A DNA stretch of 64,000 nucleotides from Laetmonice hystrix (lineage: Eukaryota). The notes below the pieces were generated by a model that made no database searches, was not told the origin of the DNA, and worked only from the letters and a program-made list of their open reading frames with translations. Made by a program: the position numbers and the translations under genes. The stretch lies in the NCBI GenBank assembly GCA_965235115.1, contig OZ249436.1, positions 22,012,001 through 22,076,000 of the forward strand. The letters are read 5' to 3'. Positions 38,462 to 48,494 of the stretch are shown piece by piece (the stretch's first letter is position 1; each line of letters opens with the position of its first letter).

Positions 38462-39280
38462 GGTAGTTTTCTAAGAAATTCTCTATAATTTAGGCGAATT
38501 TTTTTCAAAATCCTGTTCTAATCAAACAGAAAAATGATACTGAGTTTGATCTGCCTGTTGGCTTCATATATACCCACTCCCACCCTCTTCCCAGGCAGCT
38601 CAGACTCTCAAGTGGCACCTTTGAACCCCTCCCCCTAATAACCTAGGCTTCCTGCCTGGGGTGGGTGACCACCTTTGAGGGGTCCATACATCCACACAGA
38701 CACTTGGAGTACATCTCTTTTGATGTTTCTTTGAAGTGAACATCCTTCCCATATTCCCTCAACTGAATTTGACACTTTTGAAATCCAACATAGGGAGATA
38801 TGGGGATAAATATAATAAAATGGACCTTTTTTTTACTGAAAATATGACAGGGGATACTCACATGCTTCATAGGGAATGAAGATTCTCACTTTATATTTAT
38901 TAATTTCAACTTTTGAACACTTTACATGTTGGCTTAATACATAACTAAAATGAGAAGTTCATAGATGAATTTATTCATTGTCTAATTTGTGCACAAAGTC
39001 AGAATACTGCTATGAGTGCAGGGCAAAATAGGGGTTTTTTATCTCCGAGTGTCCATATTGTATATGATCGATAACTCAGTCTTCATTTAGTCTACACCAT
39101 TTATATTTTGTGTGGTTGTTGCAAACATATAACCATTAAAGGGGTCCAATTTTGAACAGATTCGGGGTGATGGGTCTTGATCTGTAGGGGCCTGATGGGA
39201 AACTCACTATACAAAGGAATTTTACTTCTGGTTGCCAAAGTCAACATTCAGAGAGTGTCACCCATACCCACCAAAGCATC

Positions 39281-39702
39281 ATGGAGCCGCGGCAGTTTGT
39301 CACAAAAGTACAGGGCAGGTTACTGAGTAAAAGTAGACTCGTTTGTGGAGGGTGCCTCCTGTGGACAGAGGCCAGGACTGGTGGGGAGATTCACACTATG
39401 GGGTTCTAAGTCTTCGTTTGCCAGGTTCCTCTAAAAAGATTTATTTTCGTGTCCATAGATTAGCCTATCAATTACACTACCTTATTCAACAACCAAATAT
39501 TAACCACATTTCGGTTCAGATTTTAATGCCCCCCAACATCAATCTTCAGGGAGATAGGGTTGAAATTAGCCATTTGTGCCACCAAACCCTGTGTGTGAAT
39601 CCCTCCCACCTGACCCTTGAGCCACGTCCAGTGAATGCTGCAAGACGTGTTTGTAATGCACAGCAAGTTTGCACCCGGGAACACACCCCTAGGCCCCCCT
39701 AA
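39281..39702 (+). pseudogene. His-Me finger nuclease, frameshifted, copy 15
   Basis: Same translation as copy 1. Confidence 0.85.
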
Positions 39703-39774
39703 CTGTTTTTTTCCTGGTAGGTGTAGCTCTAGTTTAGGTCTAACCCCGAGCTCTCTCACCGCCATAATTTATGT

Positions 39775-40557
39775 TCACATTTTTGTGTAGGTATGGTCAC
39801 TGTGCTGAGTCTGTTTCAAGGCAAGATTTTTCTGGTAATAAGTTTTAGAATCCTGTGGTTCGCAGGTGTCCTTAAGCTTAAAAAGTGTCCTTCTTTTGTT
39901 GATTCGTGCATTCTTTTTCTTTGTTGACCCCCTGGCAAGTTTTCTGGCCATGTCCTGCTGCTGACGTCGCAGCAGGCCACGTGTCACCCGTGTACCAGGA
40001 GTGACTGGGGCTCCCACAAACTCCGCTTGACTCAGGATTGAATCACCAATCCCTCGATTTACAGCATTCACAGCACAGTGCACTCTGGCAGCAAAGTTCC
40101 TTGAAAATGTTTTGTTCTTGGGTGTTGTACTGCTTATGGCCCTGTTGACAGCTTCACATTTCTGGGTGGTTAACAGGTGTTTGGTCTTTTCCAGGACTTT
40201 CTGGCCCAGCCTGTATTCAATCAGTCTGACCAGTTTCTCCTTGTCACCATCCGTGCATGTAAGGCCAAAGCCCTCAGGCAGGAATGCACTGTGTGACAGC
40301 CAGTTTTTCTTCTTTTTTGCTTTGCAAGGCCTTGCCTTGCACAGCCGGCCCTCACTGTCGGTGATGGTGGCTGCAGCCTGATCTCCTCTTCCACTGTGTG
40401 TAGGTGAGCGGAGTAATATGAATTCTTCTTTGGTGGGTCTTACATAGACACCTACGTCTGGTTCAGGCCTACCGGCCTGCTTTCTCAACTTGTAGGCGCA
40501 GTTACCAGGTTGAAAGCCATGTCTCCAGCTGTGCTTCTTTCTGCTACGTGATGTCAT
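39775..40557 (-). CDS. Internally deleted DDE transposase, 260 aa, copy 15
   Basis: Same translation as 5279-6061. Confidence 0.75.
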   Translation of the reverse strand: MTSRSRKKHSWRHGFQPGNCAYKLRKQAGRPEPDVGVYVRPTKEEFILLRSPTHSGRGDQAAATITDSEGRLCKARPCKAKKKKNWLSHSAFLPEGFGLTCTDGDKEKLVRLIEYRLGQKVLEKTKHLLTTQKCEAVNRAISSTTPKNKTFSRNFAARVHCAVNAVNRGIGDSILSQAEFVGAPVTPGTRVTRGLLRRQQQDMARKLARGSTKKKNARINKRRTLFKLKDTCEPQDSKTYYQKNLALKQTQHSDHTYTKM

Positions 40558-41376
40558 GGTAGTTTTCTAAGAAATTCTCTATAATTTAGGCGAATTTTTT
40601 TCAAAATCCTGTTCTAATCAAACAGAAAAATGATACTGAGTTTGATCTGCCTGTTGGCTTCATATATACCCACTCCCACCCTCTTCCCAGGCAGCTCAGA
40701 CTCTCAAGTGGCACCTTTGAACCCCTCCCCCTAATAACCTAGGCTTCCTGCCTGGGGTGGGTGACCACCTTTGAGGGGTCCATACATCCACACAGACACT
40801 TGGAGTACATCTCTTTTGATGTTTCTTTGAAGTGAACATCCTTCCCATATTCCCTCAACTGAATTTGACACTTTTGAAATCCAACATAGGGAGATATGGG
40901 GATAAATATAATAAAATGGACCTTTTTTTTACTGAAAATATGACAGGGGATACTCACATGCTTCATAGGGAATGAAGATTCTCACTTTATATTTATTAAT
41001 TTCAACTTTTGAACACTTTACATGTTGGCTTAATACATAACTAAAATGAGAAGTTCATAGATGAATTTATTCATTGTCTAATTTGTGCACAAAGTCAGAA
41101 TACTGCTATGAGTGCAGGGCAAAATAGGGGTTTTTTATCTCCGAGTGTCCATATTGTATATGATCGATAACTCAGTCTTCATTTAGTCTACACCATTTAT
41201 ATTTTGTGTGGTTGTTGCAAACATATAACCATTAAAGGGGTCCAATTTTGAACAGATTCGGGGTGATGGGTCTTGATCTGTAGGGGCCTGATGGGAAACT
41301 CACTATACAAAGGAATTTTACTTCTGGTTGCCAAAGTCAACATTCAGAGAGTGTCACCCATACCCACCAAAGCATC

Positions 41377-41798
41377 ATGGAGCCGCGGCAGTTTGTCACA
41401 AAAGTACAGGGCAGGTTACTGAGTAAAAGTAGACTCGTTTGTGGAGGGTGCCTCCTGTGGACAGAGGCCAGGACTGGTGGGGAGATTCACACTATGGGGT
41501 TCTAAGTCTTCGTTTGCCAGGTTCCTCTAAAAAGATTTATTTTCGTGTCCATAGATTAGCCTATCAATTACACTACCTTATTCAACAACCAAATATTAAC
41601 CACATTTCGGTTCAGATTTTAATGCCCCCCAACATCAATCTTCAGGGAGATAGGGTTGAAATTAGCCATTTGTGCCACCAAACCCTGTGTGTGAATCCCT
41701 CCCACCTGACCCTTGAGCCACGTCCAGTGAATGCTGCAAGACGTGTTTGTAATGCACAGCAAGTTTGCACCCGGGAACACACCCCTAGGCCCCCCTAA
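41377..41798 (+). pseudogene. His-Me finger nuclease, frameshifted, copy 16
   Basis: Same translation as copy 1. Confidence 0.85.
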
Positions 41799-41870
41799 CT
41801 GTTTTTTTCCTGGTAGGTGTAGCTCTAGTTTAGGTCTAACCCCGAGCTCTCTCACCGCCATAATTTATGT

Positions 41871-42653
41871 TCACATTTTTGTGTAGGTATGGTCACTGTG
41901 CTGAGTCTGTTTCAAGGCAAGATTTTTCTGGTAATAAGTTTTAGAATCCTGTGGTTCGCAGGTGTCCTTAAGCTTAAAAAGTGTCCTTCTTTTGTTGATT
42001 CGTGCATTCTTTTTCTTTGTTGACCCCCTGGCAAGTTTTCTGGCCATGTCCTGCTGCTGACGTCGCAGCAGGCCACGTGTCACCCGTGTACCAGGAGTGA
42101 CTGGGGCTCCCACAAACTCCGCTTGACTCAGGATTGAATCACCAATCCCTCGATTTACAGCATTCACAGCACAGTGCACTCTGGCAGCAAAGTTCCTTGA
42201 AAATGTTTTGTTCTTGGGTGTTGTACTGCTTATGGCCCTGTTGACAGCTTCACATTTCTGGGTGGTTAACAGGTGTTTGGTCTTTTCCAGGACTTTCTGG
42301 CCCAGCCTGTATTCAATCAGTCTGACCAGTTTCTCCTTGTCACCATCCGTGCATGTAAGGCCAAAGCCCTCAGGCAGGAATGCACTGTGTGACAGCCAGT
42401 TTTTCTTCTTTTTTGCTTTGCAAGGCCTTGCCTTGCACAGCCGGCCCTCACTGTCGGTGATGGTGGCTGCAGCCTGATCTCCTCTTCCACTGTGTGTAGG
42501 TGAGCGGAGTAATATGAATTCTTCTTTGGTGGGTCTTACATAGACACCTACGTCTGGTTCAGGCCTACCGGCCTGCTTTCTCAACTTGTAGGCGCAGTTA
42601 CCAGGTTGAAAGCCATGTCTCCAGCTGTGCTTCTTTCTGCTACGTGATGTCAT
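41871..42653 (-). CDS. Internally deleted DDE transposase, 260 aa, copy 16
   Basis: Same translation as 5279-6061. Confidence 0.75.
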   Translation of the reverse strand: MTSRSRKKHSWRHGFQPGNCAYKLRKQAGRPEPDVGVYVRPTKEEFILLRSPTHSGRGDQAAATITDSEGRLCKARPCKAKKKKNWLSHSAFLPEGFGLTCTDGDKEKLVRLIEYRLGQKVLEKTKHLLTTQKCEAVNRAISSTTPKNKTFSRNFAARVHCAVNAVNRGIGDSILSQAEFVGAPVTPGTRVTRGLLRRQQQDMARKLARGSTKKKNARINKRRTLFKLKDTCEPQDSKTYYQKNLALKQTQHSDHTYTKM

Positions 42654-43377
42654 GGTAGTTTTCTAAGAAATTCTCTATAATTTAGGCGAATTTTTTTCAA
42701 AATCCTGTTCTAATCAAACAGAAAAATGATACTGAGTTTGATCTGCCTGTTGGCTTCATATATACCCACTCCCACCCTCTTCCCAGGCAGCTCAGACTCT
42801 CAAGTGGCACCTTTGAACCCCTCCCCCTAATAACCTAGGCTTCCTGCCTGGGGTGGGTGACCACCTTTGAGGGGTCCATACATCCACACAGACACTTGGA
42901 GTACATCTCTTTTGATGTTTCTTTGAAGTGAACATCCTTCCCATATTCCCTCAACTGAATTTGACACTTTTGAAATCCAACATAGGGAGATATGGGGATA
43001 AATATAATAAAATGGACCTTTTTTTTACTGAAAATATGACAGGGGATACTCACATGCTTCATAGGGAATGAAGATTCTCACTTTATATTTATTAATTTCA
43101 ACTTTTGAACACTTTACATGTTGGCTTAATACATAACTAAAATGAGAAGTTCATAGATGAATTTATTCATTGTCTAATTTGTGCACAAAGTCAGAATACT
43201 GCTATGAGTGCAGGGCAAAATAGGGGTTTTTTATCTCCGAGTGTCCATATTGTATATGATCGATAACTCAGTCTTCATTTAGTCTACACCATTTATATTT
43301 TGTGTGGTTGTTGCAAACATATAACCATTAAAGGGGTCCAATTTTGAACAGATTCGGGGTGATGGGTCTTGATCTGT

Positions 43378-43827
43378 AGGTCATGACCCCCTATTTAGCC
43401 AATGGGCTGCTGGTTGTCCCTCAAAATGGTATGGAGTGAATGTATCTAGGGCCAAGAATGGATATAACCCCCCTGAATGTGCTCATCAAATACCACAGAG
43501 AAAAAGTTCACTATATGATCAATAATATCAGTGTATTATTAGAGAATATCTGCTTAACTTTCCTTGGAAAATCTTAGCCAATATGTTATGTATCACAGGC
43601 CTGTATTCTGGTCGATTTGGTGGTGCCACCTGGGGTCATGTAACAGAAGCTCCGATAAAATAAAATCTAATCATTCAACCTATACGTAAATTGAGTTTTT
43701 ATTGTCGGAAACATGCATATCTAACCTGCCATGCCAAGCAGACATTCGCAGAAATTATTTTAAACATTGAAAATGGCCAAAACATTACATTAAATTATAG
43801 AAGAAAATAAATAGTGGATCATAACCT
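43378..43827. repeat. Terminal LTDR, 450 bp (array end)
   Basis: Complete LTDR; similarity to the array stops after ...ATAACCT-GT. Confidence 0.9.
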
Positions 43828-45022
43828 GTTAGGGGAACGGGCTCCGGGCCCCCTACTGCGGTCCCTACACACACAGACACCCCCCACCCCGGCCCTCGCC
43901 ACCTCGCCTGCCGAACGTGTCACTGAGTCAGTGAGTGGCAGCCCGACGAACGGCGGTGCTCTGAGAGGGACGGCGGCGTCACGGTTCGCCCCGCGGGTGG
44001 GAAGGCTGCCGCTGGTACACACTCATTTTGAACTCGCGATTTTTCATGAACTACGCTACGCATCGTTATCAGACTTAGACTAGAGTCTACAACATAGAAA
44101 TATTATATGCTAGTGTAAAGTTCGAGTAAATAGCACCCCTCCTTATGCGCGTGTTAACGGGCACCGGGGCCTCGGCAGCTCGGCTGAGTCGCGTAGCACA
44201 GAACGAGTAGCACACCGAGCACACTCCTCGCGTAGCAGACTCCTCTGGCAACCGTTTTAGTGTAGCCACTACAACAAGCCCCGTTTTCTCAGCAGAGGAT
44301 GAGCGATGAATATTTTATCTTAGTATATAGTCTATAGTCTATAGCCAATACTAGTACTAGTTTGCTCCTCCACGTACCGAGGTGCGAGCATCGACTGAAA
44401 TGGCCCAGCGTGTGTTGCGGGGCGTGGGGCGGTGGGGCATTCCCCGGAAGCGGCCTAGCGGGGTATTATGGGATGGTTGATGCAATGACGTCAGTCATAG
44501 CGCCACTTGTCGACAGCGGCAGATTTGAACTCAACAACAATAACATGGACAGTGTTTACTCGGGACCCCGGCTGGAGCACACTTTCACGGTTTTCTCGAC
44601 ATTGCAGCGCCTGTGAGACATCATATTTCACATGTGGGTACACATTGACTAACTGGAACGAGGGGAGAGTAACTTGGGGACCTTTAAGAACATCTCCTCA
44701 AAGAGCGGGGTATTTAATGCCAGGGAACTTCATGTTCTGTCTGAAGGGGGGTCAGGGGTGGCGCAGTGGTTAGAGCACGGGACCTTTCATCCAAAGCTTC
44801 TGGGTTCGAGCCGCGGCCAGGCGCATCCTGCATTCTACCCCTTGAGCGCAGCCCATGCTAACTGGGCAGAAGTTAACCCTGAGGTCAACCTCATGAATAT
44901 TAATTGGACCTGTCATCGGCGCTCCACCTGCACTAACGGTCCAGACCGAAGGCTTACTTCTCGCAAAAATGCCTGATAGCCTTGCCCAGGTCGCTGATAA
45001 ACAAATGTGTCGCTCCCTAACA
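43827..45022. mobile_element. Putative LTR (solo-LTR-like), ~1.2 kb
   Basis: TGTTAGGG...CCCTAACA perfect 8-bp inverted termini (TG..CA); left TSD not visible because the array abuts it. Confidence 0.5.
44756..44825 (+). mobile_element. tRNA-derived SINE head
   Basis: A-box TGGCGCAGTGG and B-box GGTTCGAGCC; no convincing acceptor stem. Confidence 0.55.
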
Positions 45023-46418
45023 ATACAGTTAGTTATAGTCTGTGTCCTTGAAGCCCTGTCAACTCAAAGTTGTTCCTCTCACTGTCACTATAGTGTCAGG
45101 ATTAAATGCCTACCCGTTGCTGCTATCGTTGGCTTCGCCATTGCTTCGACAACAATAACTTTACCGTGGGAACGTTCCCATTGGCTAACCAGAAATGCAC
45201 TCTAATTTTTATGAATCGTGCCACAGGCAGTGCTCCAATCTCATGGCGCGGCCGCAGACGGCAGCAAGGGGGAAACTACGGTGGCCGAAAAGTACGTAGC
45301 TCCGACAAGGGGTACTGCAGTGAAGTAGGTCGATCAATCCTCCTTCGCTGCACCACCTGGTGCAGCGAAGTAGGCTCGGTCACTGTGCTGCGCCGGCAGG
45401 GTCTGCAGTAGCCTGGCACCCGGTGCCTTAACCATACGCATCCGCTATGTAAGGCCCGGTGATGGCTAACAGAAAGCGGAAAGTGAAAGTGAAAGTAAAA
45501 CGGAAGTGGTTATCTCCAAGCACTTCCGCCTCGGAGCTAATCACTTCCGCCTCCGGTCCGTTGGTCAGCGTTAACAGAGTGATTGACTTCTGCTTGGAGC
45601 GTGGCCGGGAGTGGCCAACAATAACAACATGTCCCTGCGTATGCAGACCGTAGCAGGTGTGGGGACTGCTGACGCTATGTTTACATCCAGAAAAGCGAGG
45701 ACATTTAACACTTGTATTTTAAAGGGATTGACGAAAATATTTGTGTCTTGTTGGAGAAATACGGAGGGTACGGAACTATACCTCGTTTGCGTCCATGTTT
45801 TCGATGGGCCAATCACAACGCTTGCTTCGATTGGCCATCACCAGGCTTTATATACGAAGTCAATATAGAGCTGGGGACCAGGCCAGGTCTGCAGCGAACC
45901 GTAAGGTCTCAGGTTACTACTTCCTTTGTTTATATTAACATGCAGCCTTGGTCAAATAACGCCTATAGGTCTAAATGTAATAGGTGTTAGCCTATATATA
46001 GGCCTAGGTGTGATAATAAATTATAAAAACAAGTTACTATTACAGAGAAACCTGTATGTTCCCGGATAGGCTATTTCATTCTGCCAATTTGGACGAGAGT
46101 GCCTGTAGTCATACGGGGATTTGCAATATGTTGACGTGACTCCTTACACACGTATGGATACCAGGAAGAGGCTAAATCCTATAGCGGGAATCCGGGGTGT
46201 GACGTTAGAGCTATGTAGGTCAGGGAATACCCTCTTCTGGCTGCCAGCAAAATATGGATTCACCACTATAGCCTAACCGGAACGGACCCTAAAGGAGGTA
46301 CGATATACCTCATCGCCTGTTAATTTTGGCCTCTATTCTGGAGGGCTCTACACAGTTCTAAAGAGGAATTCTACGGGTCTAAGATGATGTGCATTCACTC
46401 CTGGAGACCCGAGACCTG

Positions 46419-46584
46419 GGCCCGGTTCGCGATACTAAGATATCTTGCTTAAGCTTAAGCTTAAGCTTTCTGATTGGCTGATTGTCACACATTTAAGCTG
46501 CCTTGCTTAAACCGGTGACAACTAGCCAATCAGTTGCATTAAGCTTAAGCTTAAGCAAGATGTCTTAGTATCGCGAACCGGGCC
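46419..46584. mobile_element. PIF/Harbinger-like MITE, 166 bp
   Basis: Near-full palindrome GGCCCGGTTCGCGATACTAAGA...TCTTAGTATCGCGAACCGGGCC with 3-bp TSD CTG. Confidence 0.8.
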
Positions 46585-46848
46585 CTGGTCACTTTCAGCG
46601 GCGGGATTGAGGACCAGGATTCAGGGCTTGGTCACCTAAATCGACCAATACCCGGGGCCTGGGAACTTATAGGTGGGAGTAGGCCTATCTGGGACCAGGA
46701 TTCAGGGCTTGGTCACCTATATTGACCAATACCCGAGGTCTGGATACCCATATACTGGATACCAGGCCTCGGGTATTCGTCAATACAGGCTACATTGTAG
46801 GTGACCAAGTCTTGAATCCTGGTCGACTCCCACCTATAAGGTGACCAG

Positions 46849-46970
46849 GGCCCGGTTAACAAAGAAAGTCATGTCAATTTTAATTGACTTGAAGTCAATT
46901 TTACTTGAATGTGTTTGGTTAAAATGGATTTCAAGTTAATTAAAATTGACTTGACTTTGTGAACCGGGCC
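46849..46970. mobile_element. PIF/Harbinger-like MITE, 122 bp
   Basis: GGCCCGGTTAACAAAG...CTTTGTGAACCGGGCC with TSD CAG. Confidence 0.78.
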
Positions 46971-47072
46971 CAGGCCTCGGGTATTGGTCAATATAGATGA
47001 CCACGTCCTGAATCCTGGTCCCATATCTAGGCCTACTCGGACCTATACTCTCACCTTAAAAGTAAAGGGTAT

Positions 47073-47972
47073 TGTGGCGATTTTGGGTTTGTGTGTGCGA
47101 TTTCCCTTAAGTTTATTGTAAGGCCTTATTCTAGTGTATGTGCCGGTGACCGTGGTGGCCCCCCCTCCCACCCGCCAGTGTCCAGACTGTGCGTGCGTGG
47201 GTGTGGCCAAGTGGGGAGCTGAGACGTCAATCTCAGGCCACTCCTGGGCGGATGCTTGCCCATTGGTCAGCCCCGCTGGCCGGGTGGAGAGGGCTGCCCC
47301 TCACTGGTCGCCGGCCTGGTAGGCTGCAGGGTCCCCCCTTCATAAGGGTCTGCACGCCCTGTATTCGGGGAGAGTGATCCACCCTCTCCGATGGGACGGC
47401 AGCCAGCACCACCACCCGCCTGAGCAGCAGTAGAGCAGCAGTAGAGCAGCAGTCGGGGAGCAGAGTAAGCGCGCAGTTGGCGGCACTGGTCTACAAGAGA
47501 ATCTTCAGTTTCCAGCAGCGGGAGTGCATTCGGCAACCTGGTCCGGCTGAGGCTGGCGACTGATAGGTCAATGCCGAGCCTCCCAACCCAGTGCTACCTT
47601 CTGCGCCGAAGACCTACCCTGCTGTTCCGCGGTGTGTGTTGCTAGCTGGCTCGCCTCCCAAAGGAGTGGCGCTCTCCCAAGAGATGTACCCCCCCCGTCT
47701 AAACCCGCTATCTTTGTAAATAACGTGCACATGAACCAGGTAAGCTGCCAACCACAACGGGTCAGGGACCGTGAAGTGACCAATATATTTCATTATCAAC
47801 TATATGCTGTGTTATGTCTCACCTCCCCTCTTTGCCCATATTTAACACCTTAGTCCATTTTCCCCCACTCCAGCCACACCGTCTCAATCCTTTCGAGGTA
47901 AATGAACACAACGAGAAGTAAAATATCCCCGGCCCTGTACTAAAACTAACACCCACAGTCAGGGTCGCTACA
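47073..47972. mobile_element. Solo LTR, 900 bp (Gypsy-like 4-bp TSD)
   Basis: GTAT|TGTGGCGA...TCGCTACA|GTAT: TG..CA ends, 7/8 inverted termini, perfect 4-bp TSD. Confidence 0.75.
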
Positions 47973-48036
47973 GTATAATAGTATTGGTCGATTTAGCTGA
48001 TCAAGCCCTGAATCCTGGTAGAGTAGTCTATCCCAT

Positions 48037-48494
48037 CAAAGGCCGATCCAGAGGGGGCACAGGGGGCACGTGCCCCCCCCCCTTTAGCTTTACTAATTGT
48101 AGGCCTACGCGGCTAGATCTATAGCCTACTCATTTTTAATTAATTTTAACACTGACGATGTGTCTCAGGGAAACCCTGAGCTATTATGTAGGCCTATACC
48201 TCTAAAACTCTCATTCAAGAGCATGAGCTTTAATTAGTAATGCAAACAATCATGAATTGCTTTTCTGTGCCCCCCCCCCCCCTCCCTTTTAGTGAAATCA
48301 AGGGTGTAGCCAGGATTTTCTGAGGGGGGGGGGCTGAGATCCGCGACGAGCTGAAACCCGCGCACATGTGCCCGTCACCATCATTGAAAATTCAATCTTT
48401 ACTGGTGTAAGCCTGGGTGGGGGGGGGGGGGGGCGAGGCCCCCTTCCCCCCCCCCCCCCCGGCTACACCCCTGGAAATCCTAGATCCGCCAGTG
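48037..48494. mobile_element. MITE with 5-bp TSD CCCAT
   Basis: CCCAT|CAAAGGCCGATCCA...TAGATCCGCCAGTG|CCCAT with G/C-run subtermini. Confidence 0.6.
48299..48473. mobile_element. Nested MITE with 5-bp TSD GAAAT
   Basis: GAAAT|CAAGGGTGTAGCC...GGCTACACCCCTG|GAAAT. Confidence 0.7.

Larger units (their letters stand above)
1..43827 (-). mobile_element. Tandem array (16 INT copies, 11 LTDRs, continues left of window) of a non-autonomous KolobokP-like composite DNA transposon
   Basis: Identical ORFs recur with spacings 4368,2548,4364,2548,2548,2548,4364,2096,2548,2096,2096,2548,2096,2096,2096. Unit = 450-bp LTDR + GT + 2094-bp INT + GT. INT encodes a His-Me nuclease and a convergent DDE transposase remnant. 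Strand given by the transposase. Confidence 0.9.
46611..48020. repeat. Direct and inverted copies of an ~80-bp unit (GACCAGGATTCAGGGCTTGGTCACCTA...), interrupted by later insertions
   Basis: Direct copies at ~46611 and ~46692; inverted copies at ~46770-46825, ~46975-47020 and ~47981-48020. Confidence 0.6.

Noticed and set aside
1..43827. Tandem LTR retrotransposon (LTDRs read as LTRs)
   Set aside because: Repeats end AG..CT rather than TG..CA, and there is no gag, RT or PBS; INT encodes a DDE transposase remnant and a nuclease.
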